DNA of 64,000 bases from Eledone cirrhosa (lineage: Eukaryota), in NCBI GenBank assembly GCA_964016885.1, contig OZ024742.1, positions 277,512,001-277,576,000 of the forward strand, read 5' to 3'. Below the pieces are notes generated by a model. That model saw nothing but the letters and a program-made list of their open reading frames with translations. It ran no database searches and had not been told where the DNA came from. A program made the position numbers and the translations under genes. This document shows, in pieces, positions 12,701 through 25,805 of this stretch (its first letter is position 1; the number at the start of each line of letters is the position of its first letter).

Positions 12701-13949
12701 TGTATCCAGAACTTCATTATCCATGTCCATTTTTGTTTCTAAGAATTAGGATGTAATTTGAGTGAGATTTGGTTGTTATTTCTAGCAGATTATGTACTTT
12801 GTAAAAGATGCTCTATGGCCGGCATATTATTTTGAGAATATGAAATTTACATCAACCACTTCACTGAACAGAAACCAATGTCATATTAGAGTTGTTCTCA
12901 ATTTTTATGTTGTTATTTATGGTAAAATTTAACTTCTAATACATTTTGAACTTACTGCTTTCAGTCATGTAGGAGTCCTTATTTCACAACGTGGACGACC
13001 TGTCTAACCCATGCAAACATGGAAAAATGAACGCTAAACGGTGATGATGATGATGATGACTTGCCATGTGCCATTGCTCTTTTTTTTTGTTGATAGATTT
13101 TTTTCTGTGCTGGCTATCCAAGCTCCAAGATGTTTAAAATTTTCCAACAATTTTTAGTTGCTGTCCAAAATTCTTCAGTTTCATTTCAATAACAAAATCG
13201 TAGAGAAGTCAGCATCATTGTAAATGAGGTGCATATATATTTCCATTCCTCATATCTTAGAATTATATGAATATAGGTTTTGGTAATCAAGTAAAAATCT
13301 ACAATAAACGTGTCAAGGGAAATAACTCCTTCCGTCTTTTTCTTCCATTAAGCAAATACAGAGATAACAAGCAAGCGAATTATATAAGGAACTAAGAGGC
13401 TTCTTCTAATTTTTTTTTTACTATAAAAAAAATTGTCCAAATGATAAGACTTAACGGGAGAAAAAATTCACATTAGCACATGCTTGCCGGACTTAAAGGC
13501 TAGCATTATACACGAGAGAGAGAGAGTTGATTTCTGGCACCAACGCATTTTAGAATATTAGTACTCTTACTTTTTTGTCTTGCATTTGTGTTCCATGAAT
13601 AAAAAAAATGATATATAAAAAAAAAAGAACGTTTTTGACAAACTAGTGTTCGTGTGACTGGCGGACAAAAAATGCTGGACAGTTATTATAATGTGGTCAT
13701 TCCAAAACATATTTTGTACGATTTTCTAAAAATTGTGGAACTATCAATAGTTTACGGACAATTTCAACCTCTTTAATTTTAATAAGATTTTAAATGAAAC
13801 AAAAATTGTTTAAGAAGGGATTTACTCATATTAAAAACAAGAGCAACAACAATAAATATTTATTAAATTCAGACATTAGTGGAAATGTTTTCTTTATATA
13901 GATTCCTGCTTTAGGGCCACAGTTTTGATACTCCAACATTACACTGTCT

Positions 13950-14600
13950 TTTTTTTCTTTTATGTATATTTCAAAATAACTATGTACTTCGTTTTATTCA
14001 CGTTTATAAATAACATATATAAAAACACAATGCTTACAGAACGAAAGCACAAACAAATATAATATAAAGGAAAGGGAAAGGAAAAACAAAAAAGAAAGAG
14101 AAAAGAAAAAAAATCACAGAAACAGGGAGCGCACACATCTAGGACCACATACAACAAAAGGTAGGCGAAAGAGGTGGACAACCGAGCCGCTACTAGAGTA
14201 AAAAATAACAGTATCGCGAGGAGCACTGGGAAATCTCTAATAATTTTTGAGGCAAGCCAGCAAGCTCGCGGCGTTACCTCGGGTGATGGTGAGACATGCG
14301 CTGGAACAGCCAAGCTCTTTTACGAGTATCACCTGTTAGGCGAGCCGCCAGTGAAGATAAGAATCTCGTAGTCAGTAGCCCGACTCACCAACTACATTTT
14401 CCGCCACAGGCTGGAAAATGTAGTTGGCCGACAGATCACGGTATTTTAGGATTTTGTTCCGTTCGGCTGCGGAAGCTGTGGCTCTCGCCCTAACCGCAGG
14501 ATGTGGAAGAAGCAAAAGAGTCACTAACTGTGACGTCCCAGATAAGGCACTTGCCTCTCGACCAGTGGCACAGGGTAAGGCCGTCAGGTCTTTGGAAAAT
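13950..14600 (-). mobile_element. L1/Tx1-like LINE 3' fragment
   Basis: GC-richer decayed coding-like stretch with an A-rich or T-rich end; clade and strand are tentative. Confidence 0.3.
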
Positions 14601-15059
14601 ATATATTTTACTTGTGTTTTCCGGTTAATTTATCAGGCAAGCCATCTTTTAAGAACCCTATAAACATATTCGTTTGATCTGATGGTTCACTCTATTATTA
14701 CAAAAAAACCTATAATTTGTTACTTTCCCATTAGACATTAAATAATTTCATATTAAAATCCGTGAAAAAGGAAGGTTGATGTTATTGGGTGTTGTGGTGA
14801 AACTGTCATTGTTCTCGTAAACTTCAAGTTTGATCGTAATATTTCGCATTCAGACTATATTGATATATACAAGTATAACATATATTGAATTATTATAAAG
14901 TCGCATTAAGAAGTTTTTATAATTATTTAGTTTATATACGTAAAATAACAAAATTTGATTTTCATTTTGGCCTTATGTAAAAGCTTTCTGCAAACTTTTA
15001 TGTGAATAATCTTAAGACCGGTGAGAAAGAAAGTGAAAGTATTTTTCCTTTGAAGACAA

Positions 15060-15935
15060 CGACGTAGAGTTATGGCCCTTTACTTTCTGAGTTCAATCCC
15101 ACCGGAGTTAGCTTTGCCTTTCATCCTTACGGAGTCGATAAAATAAAATACCAGTAACGCACTGGGTAGATTTAATCGACTTTCCGCTTCCCTCAAATTG
15201 TTGACATTTGTGTCTGGATTGGCAGTATTGGTAGAGGGTCGGACGCCATGCTTTCTAGCATAGTTACGTCCCTTTACAATCTGAGTTCAAATCCCGCTGA
15301 GGTTAACTTTGCCTTTCATCCTTACGGGGTCGATAAAATAAAGTACCAGTAATGTACTGCGTAATTGCTGGCCTTGTGCCTAAAGTAGAAACAATTATTA
15401 TGGTTGGCAGTATTGGTAGAGAGTCGGACGCCATGCTTTGACGCATAGAGTTACGGCCCTTGCCATTCTGAGTTTAAATCCCGTCGAGGTTAACTTTGTC
15501 TTTCATCCTTACGGGGTCGATAAAATAAAGTACCAGTAATGCACTGGGATAATTGCTGGCCTTGTGCCAAAAGTAGAAACAATTATTATTCATCTAGAAG
15601 GGCGGTGAATTGGCAGTATCGGTAGAGGGTCGGACGCCATGCTTTCCAGCATAGTTACGTCCCTTTACGGTCTGAGTTCATTATACATTGTGCTTGATAT
15701 ATTTCTCATTATATTCATTTGGTGGATTGGCAGTATCGGTAGAGTCGGACACCATGCTTTGCAGCATAGAGTTATGGTCCATTACGTTCTGAGTTCAAAT
15801 CCCGCCGAAGTTAACTTTGCCTTTCATCTTTACGGATTCGATAAAATAAAGTACCAGTCACGCACTGGGGTCGATTTAATCGACTTTCCCCATCCCCAAA
15901 ATTGCTGGCCTTGTGCCTATATAAGAAACCATTGT
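15060..15935 (+). mobile_element. Head-to-tail cluster of ~5 tRNA-derived SINE copies (Meta-domain-like)
   Basis: Repeated TGGCAGTATCGGTAG (A box), GAGTTCAAATCCC (B box) and GCCTTTCATCCTTACGGGGTCGATAAA core at ~185-bp spacing. Confidence 0.8.
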
Positions 15936-16084
15936 TATACATCTCTGTTCAGGCGTTCTTTCGGTTTAAGTAGGTTTTGCTGCCGTTATGTAGCAAAGAA
16001 ATAAAGTAATGCCCATGCATGTTGCGACATGGCTGGAACAGATAAAAGAATAAAAGAATATATGTATATATATATAGAGAGAGA

Positions 16085-18345
16085 ATAAAAGAGAAAACAC
16101 AGGTAAGCATTAAGAGAAGGATTTTATCCAGGTATTTACGACCGTTTCATTGGTAAGTGCAACCTTATATTGCTATACTGCAAATAGCAGGCACTCAATT
16201 ATAATTGTTGTTCACAGTCCAAATTTTCAAAATAGTGAGTAAATTAATCTAGATAATTGTTAATATATAGAGAAAAACATTTATTTGGAATTGTATTTAT
16301 TAGTATAGAGAGAGAGGAATCAGAAGGTGAGGGGACAGACGGAATAGTATAGAGAGAGAGAGAGAGAGAGAGGTGAAGGGGGAAGAGGTAGGAAGTAGAG
16401 TGACAAACTGAGATGGAGGGAGGGGTAGAGGTGGAAGGATTCCTTGGTCAGTTTTGATAGCAGACTTCATGTCATGGAATGTAGTGAGTTAAAGAGAATT
16501 AAATTGATCATAGTGGGAGGGATGAATAGAGAGGGAGAGAGAGGGGGGGGGGAGATATAAAGGGATAAATATATATATATATATAAAAAATAAAGATAAA
16601 GATAATAATGACAAAAATAAAAGCAAAGAAGGGGGTGAGAAAGAAGAAAAGAAAAGATAGCTAAGGAAGAAAACGAAGAAATAGAAGAGGAATGAGGGAG
16701 AAGAGGGGGATATATGTATTGGTTTTGTGGGTAATTAAAAGGGTTTAGATACAACAAGAGCGTATAAAGTCTAAGTAATTGCAGTTTGTCAGTTGGTAGT
16801 AAGAGGTTAAGGGTTCGATTTGTAGTGCGAAAACTTCTCTTTGAGTCTATGGTTACAATAAATTGATCTTTCGATTTTATTGTTGAGTAACTTATTCTTC
16901 GAACTCAAGATGTGGAACAGCCCAAGGTCGCATAATCGACAGCTTCTCACACCACTCCGATATGGGGGCGCGTTCGATAATTTTTTTCCACTTCAGGGTG
17001 TATTGATGGTTACTTTCTCTCAGTTGCCAGGTCTTGTTTGCAAGGGTAGTTACATAACGATGCTGGGAATGTTTCATTGCGTAACGGTGTGTATACCAAC
17101 GGGCTTTAAATGTATTCCCAGTCGCTCCGATGTAATACCATTTCTGGTTGTCTGATTCCACTGTGCATTGGTAAACCAGGTTAGACTGCACACATTCATT
17201 ATGTAATGGACAGGTTTCAGGTAGGTGGCAGTTACAATTCTTGTCATGGGCAACTTTGGCATTAATGGTGGGCTGCGATGCCTGTACAAGTGTGTTACGT
17301 TTTGTTTGCCTATTAGCGGGTGGTTGTGTATTAGATATTCTGTTGTGTTCGGTGGTGATTGTATTGTTATTGTTGTAAATTTGTGTTTTGGTGTTGTTAT
17401 GTATCTTTTTAGCGTTAAGCATCTTAATGTGTGCTTCTATAGTTGGTGCCGTGGAGTAAGATAGTCTAATAGATTTAGTGTTAAGGATTTTGCTGTATCT
17501 ATGTGAATCTGGAAAGTGGTTATTTATTATTCTAAAGAAGGTAGAGGGTAGGTTAGTACTAATAGAGGTGTTAAATATGGGGTTATACCAAATATATTTT
17601 CTACTGCGTGACTTGTTTGATTTCGATGTTGTATTTCTCTTTGCCGTATACTTTGCAGTTCTATGCGTAAGTGCGTGTGTGCGTGTGTTACCGGAGTTTG
17701 TGTTATGCGTGTTCGTGTGCGCTTTACGGAGGCTATCATCTATATATTCTACTCTATCTAAGTGGCCTGCCTTGTCTAATGCGGTATTGTAGTATTCTGC
17801 ATGTTCTTCGAAGATTTGTCAGTTAGATGAGAGGCGGGAGATTCTAAGGGATATGCTGCGTGGAATGGATTTAATTATGGATAGTGGGTGGTTTGAGTTA
17901 CAGTTGATGTATGCTAAGTTTTCATTAATCTTGTGAAAAGGTCTTATAAGTCCCGTATTTAGGTTAAGCGTCGCGTCTAGAAAGTTAACTGTTTTAGTGC
18001 TATACTCATACGATATGCTAAGGCCTAGTTTTCCGAGAGCCTTTCTAATATTCTTACGGTGTCTTTCTATGCTCTGGTTATCTAGGTTCTTAACTAGGAG
18101 AAGGCTGCTATTTGCTGTATAGCAATATAAGGTTGCACTTACCAATGAAACCGTCGTAAATACCTGGATAAAATCCTTCTCTTAATGCTTACCTGTGTTT
18201 TCTCTTTTATACTTTATACTCCAAGATTGAACGGAATTCTTACAAACTTGTGCAGTTACCCCTAACCGTACGTTGAAACCATCCATGAAACTGGCTTTCT
18301 TAACCAAGAACTGGATCACAATAAGCAATTTTTTGCTTCTCTAAC
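16085..18345 (-). mobile_element. 5'-truncated Penelope-like retroelement (RT thumb plus C-terminal GIY-YIG endonuclease) with an inverted pLTR
   Basis: VNFLDATLNL...YINCNSNHP (RT C-terminus) and CNCHLPETCPL...VY...YIGAT..FKARW..H (GIY-YIG); 106-bp inverted repeat at 16085-16190 / 18105-18210; (TA)n on both flanks. Confidence 0.9.
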
Positions 18346-18365
18346 TATATATATACACATACATA

Positions 18366-18478
<113 letters not shown>

Positions 18479-18736
18479 GACCAATCAGGTACCGTTCATT
18501 TTTTTCATTTTATTACGTACGGCGATTATAGACTGAATGAAAACCTTGAAAATATTCCCAAATGTGTAAAGCTTTATACATATGACTAGTGTCTTATTAA
18601 GAGAGGATTTCTCTTCAGCTATTTATTTATCTGTTTAGTGTGATCTGATCGGTCTCAGAAATCGCTTCGTATAATAAAACGAAAATGAAGTTCCTTATTG
18701 AGCTGTATATGTATATTCTGAATAATTTATTATATA

Positions 18737-18882
18737 CTAGCAGAATGGCCCGGCGTTGCTCGGGATTTGCTCTAGGGTTCTTATATATTTGATATATATT
18801 TATCCTTATCGAGCCTCGTGAAATAAATACGTTTGTTTATATTTTGTTATTGTGTATGCAAAAATATCTGTACACGAATATA

Positions 18883-18958
<76 letters not shown>

Positions 18959-20172
18959 TAACAGATTAAAGTTTAAGCAAAGAATCGCTGCTTTCACCCT
19001 TAACGGGATCTTCTGAAACTAAACAAATCAATCTGTGAAAGCAGAAGTAAATATTTCTAAAAACATTACACACTATATATACATATATATACACACACAC
19101 AGATAGCGACGTGATAATGCCGTAATGTAGACAGCCAGACATACAGACAGATATTATAGGGGCGCAACGTTATATCTATGTATCTATCTAAAAAGAAAGA
19201 CTAAGAATTATAGAGAGACATCGCCAAATGCGGTCCCTAGGGCATTGAAAATTTGAAATATTCTTTGCTCAAAACACTCACAGGACCATAAGTATTACAT
19301 GTGTAAAGTTTGAAAACAATCGGCTGGGTAGTTCTCGAGTTTTAGGGAGTCAGACAGACAGACATATAGCTTTCCTTCCCCTCTTCCAGCGTCTCTCTCT
19401 CTCCCGCTATCCCCCTCTTTTAGTCTGTCTGTTTCTTTCACTCTCACTCTTTCTCTTTATAACTCACTCACATTAATACTAAAGGGTTAAGGTATTGTTC
19501 TCAAAATAAATAATATTAAATCTATGAGATTTTTATATTATGTGAGATAAAGCCTTTACCATGAAAATAATATAGTATATATACAGTAATGTAGATGCTA
19601 AAGGGTTAATTCCATCAGACCATGTGAGAGAGTATATAATCGCTCACGCACACATGCACACTCACGCATGCAAACGCACACAAACTCACACACAGACGCG
19701 TGCACATACACACACACGCAATAGTTATTCCACTGTCATGTATCTTTGACGCATACAACTCTCAAAAGACGGCGTCTGTCACACACACTCTCTCTTTCTC
19801 CCGCTATCCCCCTCTTTTAGTCTGTCTGTTTCTTTCACTCTCACTCTTTCTCTCTGTAACTCGTTCACATTTCTCCCCTCTATCGAAAACGCTGTGACGA
19901 ATGGGGAGGAGGAGGAGGAGGAGTAGAGAGCCACTTCTTCACTTCGCCTCTCCAATTTTCTCTCTCCCCCTCACTCCCTCATTCTGTACAGACATTGGCC
20001 ACTTCACTAATTCGATCCCTAGGTCAGAATAATTTTAAATTTTTTTTGCTTAAAACACTTCCGGGGCCATTCGGGTTACATGTGTAAAGTTTGGAAAAAA
20101 AACGGTTGGGTACTTCTCTAGTTTTATGGAAACAGACACACAGACAGACATCCTCTGTTTTATATATATAGA
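18737..20172 (-). mobile_element. Non-autonomous Helitron, composite, with a duplicated terminal module and a piggyBac-MITE fragment
   Basis: CTAG plus CCCGGCGTTGCTCGGG hairpin at the left end and TATATATAGA at the right; shares blocks with 7348-8012. Confidence 0.75.
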
Positions 20173-20179
20173 TAATAAA

Positions 20180-20390
20180 TCATGCTCACCGACATCCAGA
20201 GTTGACACTGCACTCAGTGCTCCTGTGGGAGCCCCCGCACGGACACACTAGAAGAGGGAGACCGAGGTTGACATATGTTGATGCCATAAGGACAGACACT
20301 GGTCTCTTGGAGACGCAGGGCATGACAGCGATGATGAGGGACAGAGACTGATGGAGAGAATTCGTCCATGGATCTCTGGAATTTGACCCG

Positions 20391-20395
<5 letters not shown>
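20180..20395 (+). mobile_element. RTE-like LINE 3' fragment
   Basis: Translates to VLLWEPPHGHTRRGRPRLTYVDAIRTDTGL. Confidence 0.6.
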
Positions 20396-20465
<70 letters not shown>

Positions 20466-20540
20466 TATTGAAGTTTCCGTTGAAAATTGAAAAAGTCATA
20501 GGAGTGAAGAGTGCTCTATGTAAGTGCCAGAGGTAAATTT

Positions 20541-20674
20541 AATAAACAATACAACATAATTACCTCATTACCAGAAGTTTCCCGAATAATCCTACGAACG
20601 AATGAGGACGTTTTTCGTATTCGTCTTATTCGGGAAACCTCTGGTAATGAGGTAATTATATTGTATTGTTTATT
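20541..20674. repeat. Imperfect fold-back inverted repeat between (TA)n tracts
   Basis: ~49-bp arms AATAAACAATAC...CCCGAATAA / TTATTCGGG...GTATTGTTTATT. Confidence 0.85.
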
Positions 20675-20696
20675 ATACATTATATATATATATATA

Positions 20697-20803
20697 ACGA
20701 AGGAGGTGTGTTAAGGAACCAGGTGGACCATAACGCACCAGAGTACTCAATACTTAGAGTAGTAGAGTGGGTAATAGGAAAAGGTTTAACCCCGACGGCA
20801 GAG

Positions 20804-20806
<3 letters not shown>
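20697..20806. mobile_element. Second copy of the 3073-3267 element fragment, in (TA)n
   Basis: Near-identical to 3073-3183. Confidence 0.75.
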
Positions 20807-20851
<45 letters not shown>

Positions 20852-21472
20852 CTTGTGCTGTGACGGCGATGAATTTGTTTTGCAAGGTTTTTGATATGAA
20901 ATCGTGTATTGAAACAAATATTGTTTTATTTGGAGAGGGTCATGTTGTTATAATATTGCCAGAAATATATAGTAAAACACACCCACTGTTTGGTTCGGGT
21001 TGGTTTTCGTTTCAGTATATTATATATTTCCATAATTAATTCAGCTGGTAATTAATTTTTTATCATTGATTAAACCAACAGTTGAAAATATAGATAAAAT
21101 ATAGTTTCTCAGAGTTCTTTCGTCACACACCTGTGACATCATCAGTGATGTTATTATGTTTCCTATCGTTGTATTGCTGTAATGTTTTCTTATTCTATTT
21201 TATTTAAATAAATAAAGCGTATTCACATAGTATAGGCGCAAGCAGGGCTGTATTTTGACACTACATGGTTCCACATTGAATTTATGGTAGGTCTTCTAAT
21301 ATAGCATTGGGTTGACTAATACATTGTAAGTAGTGTTCACTGTGAATTGCAGTTTAAAGATTAGTCACAAAATATACAGGTTGGGAATGTTCTCTTGTAT
21401 TTACTGTCATAAAGACAAAATCCTCAGGAGAAAAGAAATCCTAGTTTAAAATCCTCACTCTTACCGGACAAA

Positions 21473-21592
<120 letters not shown>

Positions 21593-22764
21593 AGATAAAA
21601 CAAAATCTATTTATAGTTTTTAGAAATGTAATTTATTTGATATAATTTATTTGAAATGTAATTTATTTGATAAAAATTAAACGAAAACTATATATTCAGA
21701 TTTTGTTTTATTTTATATTATATGGGTATTTTTGTCTTAGGGAGTTTTGTCCAGTGGGATTTTGGTTATGGATCATTTACTCTCTCACTTTCTCTCCATC
21801 TACTCAATCTCCCTCACAAGGCTTGTGTCGATCAATGTCTATGGTAAATGATATTTGTCCACGATACCATACTGTTGGATAAAACCTAGGGCCTACTGAA
21901 TGCGAAGCGAACTGCTAAACAATTCGGCCATGCTGAGTCAACAAACATAAACATAGACACGTAACATCAAATTATACAAAACTACTCTGAGCCAGTGACT
22001 GACGAAATGTATATTAAATTCAAGACATATGAAAGAAGTGTTGATATGGATCAACAAACTATTTCAATTCTATTAACATAAGCATACGCCTGGCTTTATG
22101 GATAAGGTTTTTGTAGCCACGTGGTTTCGGGTTCATTCCCACTGCATAGCACCACAGGAAAGTGTTTTTTCTTTACTAAATCCTCGAATTAAGATGGAAA
22201 TAGTGCGGAAACCCTCCGTAACCACACACACACACACACAAGCAGACACATACACACACACGCACTCACATACACAGACACACACACACACACATATATA
22301 TATATGTGTGTGTGTGTTTACGTTTACTGTTTGTTTATGCCCCGTAGATTAGCGGTTCGACAAATAGATATCAATAAAATAAGTGCTAGAGTCGTTATGA
22401 TTAGCTCAGTTTCATTAAGACGATGCTCCAGATGGCTGCAGTTAAAGACCTGAAACTAATACAAGAATATATATAAGCAGCAGAAAAACTGCTTGATTGA
22501 AGCATGGAGTCAACAGCGAAGTAAAAAAAAAACTTTTCTTTACAAGGGAGACCACTTCAATTTGCAAGGGAAATAACATCTTCCGAATTCATGACATGGT
22601 CTTCATTATCGCCCCTGATAGTGAGGCAATGTCGATCAGACATGATCCAAGATGAAAACATTGGAACAACTCCGGTATATATATGTGATATTTTGCTTCT
22701 GCTATAACCCTACACGCAATCGCACATAGCCCACCTCCGACACATGTAGATGTATATATACAAA

Positions 22765-23035
22765 TATGAAGGCGTGTGGCTTAATTCTTGGCGTTGCGTT
22801 GAAGCCCTTGAGCAAGACACTTTATGTTATGTTGCTCCAGTCCAACCAGCTGGCAAAAATGAATTGTACTTGTTATTCAAAAAGGGCTAGCCTAGTCAAA
22901 TTACCGCGTCCGGCTGAATCTCCCCAAGAGTACACGTGTCTGTGGATTGCCTGGCCACTTCAACGTTAATTTCGGGAGCAAGTGATCCTATTGATCGAAC
23001 TGAAACACTCATCGTAGGAACCGATAGAAATCCAA
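22765..23035 (+). mobile_element. CORE-like SINE
   Basis: TGAAGGCGTGTGGCT head and CCCTTGAGCAAGACACTTTA core. Confidence 0.6.
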
Positions 23036-23108
23036 ACCACGTGTGCATGCCCCCCTCCCCATAAATTGTGTCCTTTTCTTTATGCAAGTTTTGTGCGAAT
23101 ATTTATAC

Positions 23109-23109
<1 letters not shown>

Positions 23110-23139
<30 letters not shown>

Positions 23140-23834
23140 TGTATGTATGTATGTATGTATGTATGTATGTATGTATGTATCCGGGAGAGATGACCCCTTA
23201 GCCTTTGTCAAGGCAGAATTCTAGGAGAAGGAAAACTCTGATATAACACCTGCAACCCTGATGGTATCCAATGATGTTGACTTGTTCTCCTTTTTGGTAA
23301 ATATCATCTTGGTTAAGAGAGTGGAACTGGCTTTGTGCAGTGCCTTTGCTCACTATAAAAGCTTCACGGCACAGGCATTGCTTTATATGTGGAGATCTCT
23401 CTGCACTTGTCGTCACATGGTACCATGGGCCCAGCACTATGTTTCAGTAATTGTCACAAGTGTAGTGTTTGTACCAGAGTTTTCAAGTCGCTGGCTGGAC
23501 TAAAAAGTCACACTCGTTCAGCGCATCGGTAGGGGTTCTCCTACATGGATATAAAGTAGTGGCCGTACTCGAAAACGAGTTGGCAGCCACCATGTATGTA
23601 TGTATGTATGTATGTATGTATGTATGTATGTATGTATGTATGTATGTATGTATGTATGTATGTATGTATGGGCCCAGCACTATGTGTCAATAATTGTCAC
23701 AAGTGTAGTGTTTGTACCAGAGTTTTCAAGTCGCTGGCTGGACTAAAAAGTCACACTCGTTCAGTGCATCGGTAGGGGTTCTCCTACATGGATATAAGGT
23801 AGTGGCCGTACTCGAAAACGAGTTGGCAACCACC

Positions 23835-23867
<33 letters not shown>

Positions 23868-23915
23868 TGTATGTATGTATGTATGTATGTATGTATGTAT
23901 GTATGTATGTATGTA
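23110..23915. repeat. (ATGT)n tracts enclosing a ~410-bp insert with a 243-bp tandem duplication
   Basis: 23426-23592 recurs at 23669-23835, each copy followed by (ATGT)n. Confidence 0.9.
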
Positions 23916-23993
23916 TGCATGCATGTATGTATATGTTTTTATAATAGAATGTATGTGTATGTATAAACACACGCACACGCATACTTATCCCCC

Positions 23994-24060
<67 letters not shown>

Positions 24061-24589
24061 CATATATGTATATATATATATGTATATATATATATGTATA
24101 TATATATACATGTATATATAATAGTTTAGATGAGTTGATAACACAACCATATGATTTTATAGTCCACAACAAAAAGAGGGTGATAGCGATGAAAACATCA
24201 AAAGCCGGAAGGGAACACTCACACATACACCTACACCTCCATCACATCAACCAGCATAAACACCACCATAAACACCACAACAGACAATGCAGATGTCAAT
24301 AAGACCCCAAACAACAACAGCATATACAACAAAAGGATACAAACATCGCACACCACGCAGCAATAAACACTAACAACAGAAAACTACTGAACTACATACA
24401 GTGCAACACCAGAATTAGAGAAAAAGACTCACCACACGCCAAAAGGTCGCACTACCAACAAACATACAAATCATGCAAATCGTAAAACACATTCACACAT
24501 TTAAAATGCAAATTCTCCGATGTAATTGGAGACATTTCGACACAAGAACCCACAACCAACTGGAAGGATGGTTCAACTGCCCCCCGCCC

Positions 24590-25803
24590 AAATCTAAGGT
24601 AAGTGGCCATTCCTACATTTACCCCCTTTTCATAGAACTTAAGATAGGCAGTGTAAACGCACGTGGACTTGGGTAGTCATGAAAAGAAGGCCACTCGCTC
24701 AACGACCTCAGGTTACTAAACAGAGATGTGATGGCTATCAGCGAGGCCAGAGTTTACGACGCACGAACCATCACACCCATTTTAGGCAGCTAGGAATTGT
24801 ACGCATCTTCAATCTACCCGGCATCTGGAGGCGGAGTTGCTGTGTTGTTCTGGAAAGGCCTGGATCTCTCAATACGGACCATCTTCCTGGACTCCGTAGG
24901 TAAGTCGGTGGAGCTTGGTGTGACTAGCACCGAAGGGAACACCTTCGTCTATGTTAATAAAGGCAGGGTGAAATGATTTGGTCACCGTTCACCAGACGCA
25001 TGTTTCTCAAGCTCATTTCCTCGACAGAGCTATAGTCCTGGGTCAAGCGGAGACCGAAGCGCAGCGCTTGGAAACTGGAATGTTTTCAGGCGTTTACAGC
25101 CCTCCGTTAATCGGGCAATATGATCAGTGGATATTCTACCTTGGCGTTCTATAGAGGGTTAGTGGCGGATGAAAGCGACGTCGTTCTTGGGAAAACTCTA
25201 GACATCAACGAAAATCAACTAGCCACTTTTTTCTGGAGGACTTTCGGTCCGGAGACCGTGGATAATTTTCAGAAATCCCTGACCTGGTAGTGCTACCGAA
25301 GAGCTTTACCAGTTCGAGATAAACTCGACAGGCATGGATGTGCCGTCAGCCGGGCCAGTCCGAAATTCGCACAGGGCACCAAAACTTCAGGTTTCACTTT
25401 AATAGGAAAATCAGCGTGGAGAGGGAAGTGCTGCCTTCAAACCAATTTGTTGAAAGGTGGGTGAGAGAAGTCACCATGGCCCGAATGAATGTGAGCCTGC
25501 AGATTAAAAAACATGAGGCAGGGAATTTACCCTAGAGATCAGGGCACCCGTGTTTTTATGGGTTTTTTTCCCAGAGTGCCCCTCGAACGTCTCCTCCCTA
25601 TTGAGGAACTTCCTTTGTTTTAATTTCTATTGTTATCTTTCTTTTTTAACATTGCTAAAATTTGTTTACACGCAACACACACACACACACCAACACACAC
25701 GCACGCCCCCCACGCCAACCCCCCCCCCCCACACACTGCATTTTCATCCTGTGTCGTCATAATGTTTTCTTGATGTAAACACTTTGTAGTTAATAAAAAA
25801 AAA
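24590..25803 (+). mobile_element. Internally deleted L1/Tx1-like LINE
   Basis: KIGSVNARGLG (start of an APE endonuclease), decayed ORF2, and an AATAAA-poly(A) end. Confidence 0.6.
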
Positions 25804-25805
25804 TC

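Noticed and set aside
15217-15300. SINE heads as tRNA genes
   Set aside because: A and B boxes are present but there is no cloverleaf, and they continue into a shared SINE body
23469-24302. MYVC / HTYI / YIYI repeat ORFs
   Set aside because: Translations of microsatellites
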